DNA of 23,192 nt from a bacterium (GCA_041497675.1 JBGQGY010000048.1:1-23192); one strand, 5' to 3'. Positions 1-8,341 are shown, counted from the stretch's first letter. Numbers and translations: made by a program. The notes: generated by a model from the sequence alone, not told the origin.

Positions 1-23
1 AACGCTGGGAAGGGGTGTTGTGC

Positions 24-449
24 ATGTCTACGCGTCGAGGGTCGGCGATCGTACTGGGTTTTATCGCATTGGGTCTTCTACTCTGGCTCGCTCCTCCTGC
101 GCTCGCCGACATCGGTGACGTCTCCATCGGTGGCGTTTGGGTTTGCCGTCTTACCAAGGGCGCTGGCGGGCTCACTCTGGAGCAGCGGATGCAGCAGATC
201 GAGCGCAACATATACATTGTTGTCGACAATCCCAAATACCATCAGCGGGGAAGTGTCCCCGTCTCGATTCGCGCGGCGGGCCAGGGGGTAGCCATCATAG
301 TTGAGAGTCTTGTGATCTTTGTCGTGACCCCTGACGACGTCGCGGGGACTGGTGCGAAGCCGATTGAGGCAGCCCGGCAGTGGGCGCAGCTTCTCGCCAA
401 GGGGTTCAACCAAGCGCTTCCCCGACGCAGCAATCCGAGCGGTTTGTAG
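24..449 (+). CDS. Secreted/exported hypothetical protein (~141 aa)
   Basis: ATG at 24 after purine-rich GGGAAGGGG; N-terminal signal peptide (RR-hydrophobic-ALA|D); stop TAG 447-449. The ORF track starts at GTG 15. Confidence 0.75.
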   Translation: MSTRRGSAIVLGFIALGLLLWLAPPALADIGDVSIGGVWVCRLTKGAGGLTLEQRMQQIERNIYIVVDNPKYHQRGSVPVSIRAAGQGVAIIVESLVIFVVTPDDVAGTGAKPIEAARQWAQLLAKGFNQALPRRSNPSGL

Positions 450-757
450 TAGCCGTCAGCCCTCTCAGGGGAACACAGGGTCCAAGATCGCGTCTTCTGG
501 ACCGCACAGACTTTCGAGACTTGCGGAACTGATCAGGCTAATAATAAGGGGCGCGAACACTTATTCGCCCTAGGCCGCCTTACCGAGTAGCTCCCGCATC
601 AACTCCAGGTCAAGCGGGTGCTGCTTCAGGGAGGTTCGAAGGTCTCCGACGAGGGCCCACTTTCCCGGATGGCTAGACTCCAAACAGCATCTACCCTGTT
701 TCCTGCGCCCGGATGCGAACCAAGTTTCACAGCATCGTCCTCAGTGAAAAACGTCTG

Positions 758-781
758 TGAGAGACCTCTGCGGGTCTCTCA
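758..781 (+). promoter_or_regulatory. 9-bp perfect inverted repeat immediately upstream of the RBS of the small membrane protein
   Basis: TGAGAGACC-tctgcg-GGTCTCTCA, followed by ACAACGGAGGTGGGTC-ATG. Confidence 0.4.
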
Positions 782-797
782 ACAACGGAGGTGGGTC

Positions 798-956
798 ATG
801 AGCAGATTGGGAAACCGGTCGTGGGGAATGATCCTGCTTGCTATCTATCTCATCCTGGTGGGCCTTGGAGTTCTCGGGTTTGCCCTGCCGCTGCAGCTGA
901 CGGGCATTATTGCCCTCGTCGCTGGCGTTTTGATCCTGGCTCCACTCATTCGATGA
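798..956 (+). CDS. Small two-helix membrane protein (52 aa)
   Basis: GGAGGT RBS before ATG 798; MSRLGNRSWGMILLAIYLILVGLGVLGFALPLQLTGIIALVAGVLILAPLIR has two hydrophobic segments. It is the 3' part of track ORF 618..956. Confidence 0.8.
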   Translation: MSRLGNRSWGMILLAIYLILVGLGVLGFALPLQLTGIIALVAGVLILAPLIR

Positions 957-1035
957 ACCGATTGCCATCGGGCTCTCGAAAGCGCGCGAGGCGAGTCATT
1001 AGAAGGGCTCATATCACGGACGCAGGAGGAGGCAC

Positions 1036-1419
1036 ATGCTCGGAAACTTTCCGCTCGCGGCCATACTGCCCGTTGTTGACTTAGAATGAGCCAAGAAATT
1101 TTACGGCGGATCGCTCGGGCTCAAGCAAGTTGAGGAAACCGAGGTCGGTGAGGTCATGTACCAAGCCGGCGCAGGAACAACGCTGGGCATCTACCGACGC
1201 CCCCCCCACCAAGGCCGATCACACCGCAGTGGGTTCATGGTTGACGACCTCAACAAGGTGATGGCCCGTCTTCGATCCAGGGGCGTGAAGTTCGAAGAGT
1301 ACGATATCCCCGAAATGGGACTTAAGATGGTCAATGGCGTGGCCACGATTGGCAAGGATAAGGGAGGCTGGTTCAAGGATCCGGATGGGAATATCCTGAG
1401 CGTCTTCCATCGCGGCTAA
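1036..1419 (+). pseudogene. VOC/glyoxalase/bleomycin-resistance family gene with in-frame TGA at codon 18 (1087-1089)
   Basis: Strong RBS AGGAGGAGG then ATG 1036: MLGNFPLAAILPVVDLE*AKKFYGGSLGLK, in frame with track ORF 1156..1419 (GFMVDDL...GVKF...WFKDPDGNILS). These are the typical N- and C-terminal VOC motifs. Confidence 0.8.
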
Positions 1420-1515
1420 GGGTCGGTGACCAATCTGGCGAGACGTTCGAACGCTCCCTGGAAACATCCAGAGGCGAACGAGGGATTCGCTGGCATCTGA
1501 AAGGAGTTTGGTCCC

Positions 1516-2934
1516 TCATTCGGGTCCCTCTTCCACTGCTGGAGGGATATTGTGGTTTAGCCTGAAGAAATTCGTTGGATCGTAGACTCTCTTCACCGTG
1601 ACCAGTCGCCTGTAACGGATCCCAAAAGCGGCTCGGACGACATCCTCCGGCTCATTCCCGACAAAGTTCAGGTACGTGCCGTCAAGCGCGAAGGGCCTGA
1701 GGGCATCATGAAAATCCCTCACCCGCCGAATGTGAATCTCTGACTCGGCAGGATCGTCCCAGGTCCCGACGAGATGAACAACGAAGGGCGCACCGCGGGG
1801 TCCGAAGGCCGTCTCCTCCTCGGCAATGTTGCCCACCGCGCCTCCCAGCGGGACAATGCGTGTCATCGAAAACGGGGCACGCATCTGAGGGGCGTGCGAC
1901 ATCAGCGTCTTGATGACATCGCCATCCAAGCGTGTGAGGAAAGACGCCTTCCAATAATTCTGAAGTCCTGGCGGTGCAACGGGATCCTGCGCTTGCTGAA
2001 GTGCTGTGTAGGGTACCGGTCCTACGTTGACTGCCACGGGAGGGCCGAATTCTCGCAAAGGGCGTATGATTTCTTCCCCTTTCTCGATGGGTCCAGCGTA
2101 GCAGACTTCGATGGAGATGATCGGCTCCCCGTGGAAGCGAGGCGGAATGAACGGTAAGGGCCGAGCGGTGACGAAGGCGAGCGTCGCGTTCAGTTCGTCG
2201 GGCGCCAAAGCCATGAAGTCGCGGAAGAAAGAGATAATTGCATCGGCGCGTTCTAGCTCGTGGTACATTGCCCCGCCCAAAATGACCGGTCCCACGTCGT
2301 GGAGGCCAAATTCAAAGGAGGTAACGATCCCGAAGTTGCCTCCACCCCCACGGATAGCCCAGAAGAGGTCAGGGTGATCCTCCTCGCTGGCCGTGACGAA
2401 CCGTCCATCGGCCAGGACGATATCAACGGACCGCAGGTTGTCACATGCTAGTCCATGCTTGCGCGTGAGTCTGCCCAACCCACCGCCGAGTGTAAAACCG
2501 GCGACCCCCGTGGTAGAGATCACACCGCCAGGCGTGGCCAACCCAAAGACCTGGCTCTCGTGATCGAATTCCCGCCAGACGAGTCCGGGTTGGGCCCGCG
2601 CCGTGCGGGTAGCCGGGGTTACCCTGATGCCTTTCATCAGGCCGAGATCGATCACAAGCCCGCCGTCGCAGGTGCCATAGCCGGCGATGCTGTGGCCCCC
2701 ACCCCGCACTGCAACCAATAGATCGTGGTCGCGGGCAAACTCCACCGCCGTCTGGACGTCAGCCACGCTGGTACAGCGGGCGACGAGGGCCGGGTATCTG
2801 TCGATGGCGCCGTTCCACACCCGCCGCGCCTGTTCGTAGCTATCATCCTCCGGCTTGAGCAGAGGACCATGGAAGCCAGCTCTCAGCCTCTCGATCGCCG
2901 AGCCTGACAGCATCCCACGCATCCCAGTGACCAT
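1516..2934 (-). CDS. FAD-binding oxidoreductase, VAO/berberine-bridge-enzyme family (6-hydroxy-D-nicotine oxidase-like)
   Basis: VWNGAIDRYP, RGGGHS (covalent-FAD His), GVAGFTLGGG, DLFWAIRGGGGNFGIVT, C-terminal BBE motif YRRLVTVKRVYDPTNFF. Start is ATG 2934 or GTG 2982. Confidence 0.92.
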   Translation of the reverse strand: MVTGMRGMLSGSAIERLRAGFHGPLLKPEDDSYEQARRVWNGAIDRYPALVARCTSVADVQTAVEFARDHDLLVAVRGGGHSIAGYGTCDGGLVIDLGLMKGIRVTPATRTARAQPGLVWREFDHESQVFGLATPGGVISTTGVAGFTLGGGLGRLTRKHGLACDNLRSVDIVLADGRFVTASEEDHPDLFWAIRGGGGNFGIVTSFEFGLHDVGPVILGGAMYHELERADAIISFFRDFMALAPDELNATLAFVTARPLPFIPPRFHGEPIISIEVCYAGPIEKGEEIIRPLREFGPPVAVNVGPVPYTALQQAQDPVAPPGLQNYWKASFLTRLDGDVIKTLMSHAPQMRAPFSMTRIVPLGGAVGNIAEEETAFGPRGAPFVVHLVGTWDDPAESEIHIRRVRDFHDALRPFALDGTYLNFVGNEPEDVVRAAFGIRYRRLVTVKRVYDPTNFFRLNHNIPPAVEEGPE

Positions 2935-3006
2935 TTCTTCTTCCCTATCTTCGTTGCGCCCAGGTCCGTTCCCGTGTCTCACCTCGCCCCCAATCGTGTG
3001 CGCGGG

Positions 3007-4410
3007 TCAGCGCGAGCCGTCCCGCTTCGCCACGTCGATGATCCGCTGCGCCACCGCCCGCCCGAGCGCCAGCCCGGCGACCACATCGGTGCGGTAGTGG
3101 ATGCCCGCCCAGATCCGGGATTCTGCTGCCTGATCGGCAAGCCCGTTGAGCGTTTGGGCATCGCGCGGGAACAGGTACGCGATCGCCGCGGCTACGGCGG
3201 ATGAGACACATCCATGCGCTGCAGGGTAGCTGGGGTGGTTGGGTGTTGGGAAGAGAGGCCTGAACGCTGGGTCCAACTGAAAGGGGCGAATCTGCCAGTA
3301 GGCGTACTTCGCGTCCCAGCACGCCACTGTCGCATCGTAAGACGCAATGCTGCCGATGGCGTAGGCACGGGCCACGCGTGGCGGGTTGGCTTCCAGCCGG
3401 TATTCGAGGATCTTCTTGGTGAGTTGCTCGTTCCAGTACCAGTAACCCTTGAGACCGCCGACAGCATACTCCCAGAAGAACGCGTCCGCGATCGTCTTCG
3501 GTGTGCGCTGGTAGTTCCGCAGTTCCGCCATTTCGGCGGCCATTTGAGGGGAGTCATGCGCGGGTGGAGGTCCTGGCCGCAGCTCACTACCGGAGGCCAG
3601 CACCCATGTCTTCCAAGTTCCGGCCATAGGGAGGATCGGGTTTGTCCCGTTCCAGTAGCCCGGGCCGGTTGGCATGGCCCCGTCCCACCGCGCGTCCGAG
3701 CCGTCGGTCTTCGCGCGTTCGATGACACGGGCGGCCACGGCCCGGCCGAGTTCGAGACCGGCCGTCACGTCGCTCGGATACTCCACGCCTGCCACCAGGC
3801 GGGACCTGATCTGTTCGTTGGCTTTGTCCGCGAAGAGCTTCGCGTCGCCAGGGAAGAGGTATGCGAGCATAGTCGAGGCCGCCCCAGCCGCCACGGCGTG
3901 CTCGGATGGATACGAGGGGCTCTGGGGATTCGGTAGGACTGTCGTGAGTGACGCGTCGACCTCGCTCGGCCTAGGTCGACGGTAGGTGTATTTGGCCGAC
4001 CAGGCGGCAATCGTCGCATCATAGATGGCGACATGGACGAAAGCCAGGGCTCGCCAGGCGAAGTGCCCGTTCAGGTTGTTCTTGAGGGCTGTGTCAAGAG
4101 TCATTTCATTCCATCGGTGCGAGGGGGCGCCAGTGTTCCAAAAGGCGATTTGATCGAGGGCGGCCGTTTGACGTTCTGAGACCAACCCCTGGAGTTGTTT
4201 GATTTCTGCCGCCGTGGCGGACCGGTCCGGAGGAGCCGGCACGCGAAGCTGGCGGCCGGAGGTGAGTACCCAGGGTCTCCACATGCCGGCTCTGGGTTCG
4301 GCCTGGCTGGTGCCCGGTGGGGACTGGACCATCGCAGCGCCGGAGCCCGGCGAGCTGGAACCGAGAAACGTGATGACCATCAGGATTGCCAGGGCAAAAG
4401 CTGGCCTCAC
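3007..4410 (-). CDS. Secreted PAP2-superfamily (vanadium haloperoxidase/acid phosphatase-like) protein with two tandem PAP2 domains
   Basis: GTG start after GGGAGGGA; signal peptide; two copies of K-x6-RP / PSYP-x-x-H / SR-x-x-AG-x-(H/E)Y-x-x-D. Confidence 0.88.
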   Translation of the reverse strand: MRPAFALAILMVITFLGSSSPGSGAAMVQSPPGTSQAEPRAGMWRPWVLTSGRQLRVPAPPDRSATAAEIKQLQGLVSERQTAALDQIAFWNTGAPSHRWNEMTLDTALKNNLNGHFAWRALAFVHVAIYDATIAAWSAKYTYRRPRPSEVDASLTTVLPNPQSPSYPSEHAVAAGAASTMLAYLFPGDAKLFADKANEQIRSRLVAGVEYPSDVTAGLELGRAVAARVIERAKTDGSDARWDGAMPTGPGYWNGTNPILPMAGTWKTWVLASGSELRPGPPPAHDSPQMAAEMAELRNYQRTPKTIADAFFWEYAVGGLKGYWYWNEQLTKKILEYRLEANPPRVARAYAIGSIASYDATVACWDAKYAYWQIRPFQLDPAFRPLFPTPNHPSYPAAHGCVSSAVAAAIAYLFPRDAQTLNGLADQAAESRIWAGIHYRTDVVAGLALGRAVAQRIIDVAKRDGSR

Positions 4411-4502
4411 GACGATCCCTCCCCGTCTTCCTTCGCGTCATCCACGTACGGCGCGCGAAGTGTGATTGATTGGCACGGCCTTGTACAAAATGCCTCGACT
4501 GC

Positions 4503-4547
4503 AATATACGGACTTCAAGGCGACTCAGAAACCCGAGGAATCCCCGG
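4503..4547 (-). promoter_or_regulatory. Putative activator-dependent promoter of the PAP2/FAD-oxidoreductase operon with a candidate LuxR operator
   Basis: Minus-strand TATATT (4508-4503) as -10 with no clear -35; imperfect palindrome CCGAGGA-A-TCCCCGG (4533-4547) centred about 44 nt upstream of the inferred start site. Confidence 0.4.
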
Positions 4548-4651
4548 ACTTTGGCGGGAACCTCCCAAGAGAGCGTGGTGAACGCTGACCGAATCGCTTC
4601 GAATGGGTCGGCGGCGCCGGGCGAGGCGCTTTCTAAGGGGATCGGCGAGAC

Positions 4652-7468
4652 ATGGGAACAGGGCTCATCGAGCGCGCGGAGGAGCTATCAACCCTCACCC
4701 GGTTTCTTGATGACCTGCCCAAAGGGCCTGCCGCCCTCCTGCTGGAGGGAGAGGCCGGCATCGGCAAGACGGCCTTATGGATCGAGGGTTTGCAGGCCTC
4801 CCGGGCGCGCCTCCACACCGTTTTGTCTTGCCGGCCGATCGAATCAGAGACTCAACTGCCCTTCGCCAGCCTCGGCGACGCATTAGAGGGTCTGCCGGAT
4901 TCCGCATTCTCAGATCTCCCCACGCCTCAGCGTCGTGCCTTGGACGCCGCCCTGCTTCGTGCAGAACCGGCCACTGGTTCAACAGAACAGCGCGCGATTG
5001 GGCTGGCTGTGTTGAGTGTGCTAAGGACGTTAGCTTCTTCTTCAGTGGTTGTCGTGGCTGTAGACGATGTGCAATGGGTTGATTCCCCGACAGCTCGGGT
5101 CTTCGAGTTTGCGATCCGTCGCCTGCGGACAGAGCCTGTAGGGGTTCTTGTTGCCCGACGCGGCGGGGGTCAAGACAAACTTCCCTTGATGCTTGCGACC
5201 TTCCCTGCCGAGCGGATGTCGCGGGTGAAGCTGGGACCGCTAAGTGCCGGTGCCCTCAATCGCTTGATCGTGACACGCCTCGGCCTTCAGTTCAGCAGGT
5301 CCACCCTTGTGCGGCTTTACGTCGCAACCGGCGGTAATCCGTTCTTTGCACTCGAACTCGCCCGGGCACTCGCGCGCCAGGGCGCAGAGCCGGCACCGGG
5401 CGAGCCTCTTCCGATTCCCGACAGCCTTGGAGCGGTTGTCGGCCATCGTCTGGCTGAGCTTTCCCCGCTGGCACGCGAGGCTGCCGTTATCGTTGCCGCC
5501 CTTTCGCAGCCAAGCGCTCAGATCATCAAGCTTGCCCTCGGCGACAGCGATACCCTCGGGACGCATGCGGCGTTGAAGGAGACGATCGAGGCCGGAGTTC
5601 TCGAGTCTGAGGGTGATCGTATCCGGTTTTCTCACCCGCTCCTAGCCTCGATTCTCTACCAAGGGCTTCTACCCGAGCAGAGGAGGGAGCTCCACCGTCG
5701 TCTCTCGGCTCTGGTCCCCGATTTGGAAGAGCGGGCACGGCACCTCGCGCTCTCAGCGGAAGGAGCCGACGAGCAGATCGCTGCGGTCCTCGAACAGTCG
5801 GCGCACAGGACGAGGGCTCGGGGGGCGCCCGACTCGGCGGCAGAACTTGCTGAGCGGGCACGCCGTCTGACGCCTCCCGGACTCATCGACAATTGGAGGC
5901 GGCGTGGCATCGAAGCAGCAGACTACCATTTTGCCGCGGGCAATACCGGGCGAGCTGCAGAAATTCTTGAAGAAATCGTCACTTCGACGGCTGCTGGTCC
6001 GGCGCGGGCCCACGTGTTGCGGCGGCTGGCTCTAGTCCGCTATCACAACGGTAAGCGACAGGTTATGGCCGATCTCTTCGAGAGAGCACTCAGCGAAGCC
6101 GGCGACGACTTGCGAACGAAGGCCACCGTGGTGCGAGACCAAGCCTGGCTCAGCCACATGCATGGCCAGGTCGTTTTGGGGAGATCGCTCCTGGAACCCG
6201 CAGTCGAGCTCGCCGGGCGTCTTGAAGACACGGACCTGCTGGCCGAGATGCTTCCCATCCTTGTCTTCTCGCAATCAGCAAACGGCATCCGGGACGAGGC
6301 GACTGTGGAACGCATGCTTGCGCTGGAGTCCCGCACAGGGCAGATTGCGATCATTCATCGTCCTGCGTTCGTTCTTGCTGTCCAAGCGAAGTGGATGTTT
6401 CATCTTTCTGCTGCACGGGAGCAAATGGAGAGCCAATATCGACTTGCTTTGGAGGTGGGGGACTTCGGGTCGCTGCCTTTCCTCCTCTATCACTTGAGCG
6501 AATTAGAGAGTTGGGCCGGAAGATATGAGACGGCCTTGCAGCATGCCGAGGAGGGACATGAAGCAGCCGTCCAGACAGGCCAGGAAACCTCCCGCACGCT
6601 TCTCCTGTACTGTCAGGCGCTCGCCGAGGCACATCTAGGAAGGGTGCACGACGCACGTGTCCACGCAGAAGAAGGCCTTATCTTGGCGGACCGTATCGAC
6701 ATTCCGTTGAGAGCTGTACAGAACCTCACTGCCCTTGGGTTCGTCGCCTTGTCCACACAGAAGTTCGACCGAGCCAGGGAATATCATGATGCGCTCCTGG
6801 CCCGGCAGGTCGCTAGAATGGGGCCTTCACCCCACTTCTTCCACAATGTCATCGAGACACTCGTCGCGCTCGGAAAGTTGGAGCAGGCCGCCGCATTGCT
6901 CGTGGAGTTTGAAGAAGGTCAGCAAGACAAACTTTGGGGTGGGTGGGTGCAGGCTATCGCCCGTCGCTGCCGGGCTCTGCTGGCCTCATCACAGGGCAAG
7001 ATGGACGTCGCGATTGCAGACGCAGAAGATAGCGTCAAGCGTCTCGAGCAGACGGAGGTGCCGTTCGATTTGGCACGTTCTCTGCTCGTTCTCGGGACGG
7101 TGCACCGTCGAAGCAAGCACAAGCGGCAGGCGCGAGAGACGCTGGAACGTGCAGCTCAGCTCTTCGACGATCTGAAGGCTGTGCTCTGGGCTCAAAGAGC
7201 GCGCGCCGAACTTGGCCGCATCGGGGGCCGCGCGGCCACGCGGCGGTCACTCACGGAAACCGAGCGGCGCGTCGCACAGCTAGTCGCCAGTGGGCATACG
7301 AACCGTGAGGTTGCCGACACCCTCTTCCTGGCTGTGAAGACTGTTGAGTGGAACCTCTCCCGCATCTATCAGAAACTTGGTGTCCGGTCGCGCAGTGAAC
7401 TTGCAGCCATGTTAGCGACAGCCTCCATTGCCCCAACGAACACGCTGCCGGATAGGCCGGCAACCTAG
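4652..7468 (+). CDS. Large ATP-binding LuxR-family (LAL/MalT-like) transcriptional regulator: AAA ATPase, helical repeats, C-terminal LuxR HTH
   Basis: Walker A GEAGIGKT, Walker B VAVDDVQWVD, TGGNPFFALEL, FSHPL, C-terminal LTETERRVAQLVASGHTNREVADTLFLAVKTVEWNLSRIYQKLGVRSR. Confidence 0.95.
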   Translation: MGTGLIERAEELSTLTRFLDDLPKGPAALLLEGEAGIGKTALWIEGLQASRARLHTVLSCRPIESETQLPFASLGDALEGLPDSAFSDLPTPQRRALDAALLRAEPATGSTEQRAIGLAVLSVLRTLASSSVVVVAVDDVQWVDSPTARVFEFAIRRLRTEPVGVLVARRGGGQDKLPLMLATFPAERMSRVKLGPLSAGALNRLIVTRLGLQFSRSTLVRLYVATGGNPFFALELARALARQGAEPAPGEPLPIPDSLGAVVGHRLAELSPLAREAAVIVAALSQPSAQIIKLALGDSDTLGTHAALKETIEAGVLESEGDRIRFSHPLLASILYQGLLPEQRRELHRRLSALVPDLEERARHLALSAEGADEQIAAVLEQSAHRTRARGAPDSAAELAERARRLTPPGLIDNWRRRGIEAADYHFAAGNTGRAAEILEEIVTSTAAGPARAHVLRRLALVRYHNGKRQVMADLFERALSEAGDDLRTKATVVRDQAWLSHMHGQVVLGRSLLEPAVELAGRLEDTDLLAEMLPILVFSQSANGIRDEATVERMLALESRTGQIAIIHRPAFVLAVQAKWMFHLSAAREQMESQYRLALEVGDFGSLPFLLYHLSELESWAGRYETALQHAEEGHEAAVQTGQETSRTLLLYCQALAEAHLGRVHDARVHAEEGLILADRIDIPLRAVQNLTALGFVALSTQKFDRAREYHDALLARQVARMGPSPHFFHNVIETLVALGKLEQAAALLVEFEEGQQDKLWGGWVQAIARRCRALLASSQGKMDVAIADAEDSVKRLEQTEVPFDLARSLLVLGTVHRRSKHKRQARETLERAAQLFDDLKAVLWAQRARAELGRIGGRAATRRSLTETERRVAQLVASGHTNREVADTLFLAVKTVEWNLSRIYQKLGVRSRSELAAMLATASIAPTNTLPDRPAT

Positions 7469-7526
7469 GGACTTACTGTTGCGAGAACTCGGTCCGGACC
7501 GAGTTGAGATGTCCGCTGCTTCGAGC

Positions 7527-8330
7527 CTAGCTAACGGGTTTAATCCCCCGGAGGTGCACCGTGTAAATGGGGGACTGCCCACCAAACTGCTCGAACAGCC
7601 ACTGGAGGAACTGCTCGGTGAACAGGGGATAGAGCCCGAGCCGCGCCTTGTCGAGCGGGACCCGCTCGCCGAGGGCCTCGACCTTTTTGAACCCCGCCTT
7701 GTCCATCTTGGCGATCAGCGCCGGCTCCGCCAGCGTGCCGGCGAGTCACCCCGCGTAGGCCGCTTCGTTCTCCAGAACCTCTTTGGGGAGGCAGCCGTCG
7801 ATCACCGAGTCGGCGAAGACGAGGCGGCCACCGGGACGCAGGACGCGGAAGCACTCAGCGAACACCCGGCCCTTCTTCGTGGACAGGTTGATCACTCCGT
7901 TACTGATGACCACATCCGCGCTGGCGTCTGGCAGCGGGATCTCTTCCATCGTGCCGTACACGAACTCAGCGTTGGTCAGACCCATCATCGCCGCGTGGCT
8001 TCGGGCGCGATCAAGCATCCGCTCGGTGAAGTCGATGCCCACGGCGCGACCGGTCGGTCTCACGCGCAGCGCGGCGAGCAACGTGTCGATGCCGCCTCCG
8101 CTGCCGAGATCCAGGACCGTCTCGCCGGATCCTGGGTCCGCGTAGCGAACGGGGTTGCCCATTCCGAGCGCCATCTCACGCACCGGAGCGGGTAGCTGCG
8201 CCAGTTCTTCTGCCGTGTACACGCTGTCGGCGACGCCTGTGCCGGCACCTGGGACGACGGCGCCGTAGGCTTCCCGGACGATGCGCGCCGCGTCCTCGTC
8301 AGTCCATTTGAGGGGTGCTTCCTCGGCCAT
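7527..8330 (-). CDS. ArsM-like class I SAM-dependent methyltransferase, probable selenoprotein (Sec195 at TGA 7748-7746; 267 aa)
   Basis: VLDLGSGGGID, GIDFTERML, DVVISNGVINL, RVLRPGGRL. After TGA the frame reads LAGTLAEPALIAKMDKAGFKKVEALGERVPLDKARLGLYPLFTEQFLQWLFEQFGGQSPIYTVHLRGIKPVS to TAG 7529-7527, which matches the ArsM C-terminus (GC-x-AG...AGF...KP). ATG 8330 follows GAGGTG. Confidence 0.85.
7709..7745 (-). promoter_or_regulatory. Candidate bacterial SECIS element directly 3' of the in-frame UGA
   Basis: mRNA after UGA: CUCGCCGGCACGCUGGCGGAGCCGGCGCUGAUCGCCA. UGGCGG(+14..19)/UCGCCA(+32..37) lower stem, AGC/GCU upper stem, CGGC loop at +23. An alternative 7-bp stem CGCCGGC/GCCGGCG is also possible. 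Folded by eye. Confidence 0.55.
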
Positions 8331-8341
8331 GCCCTTCACCT

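Noticed and set aside
1444..1471. Palindrome CGTTCGAACG and hairpin CTGGA-aaca-TCCAG between convergent genes as an intrinsic terminator
   Set aside because: Short stems with no U-tract on either strand; insufficient support.
7540..7854. Track ORF 7540..7854 (-), or a frameshift, as the methyltransferase C-terminus
   Set aside because: It is in a different frame and gives an Arg/Gly/Pro-rich non-protein-like sequence. The in-frame read-through gives the proper ArsM-like C-terminus.
7428..8195. 255-aa plus-strand ORF
   Set aside because: Antisense shadow of the methyltransferase. Its continuity across 7746 fits the opposite strand being coding throughout.
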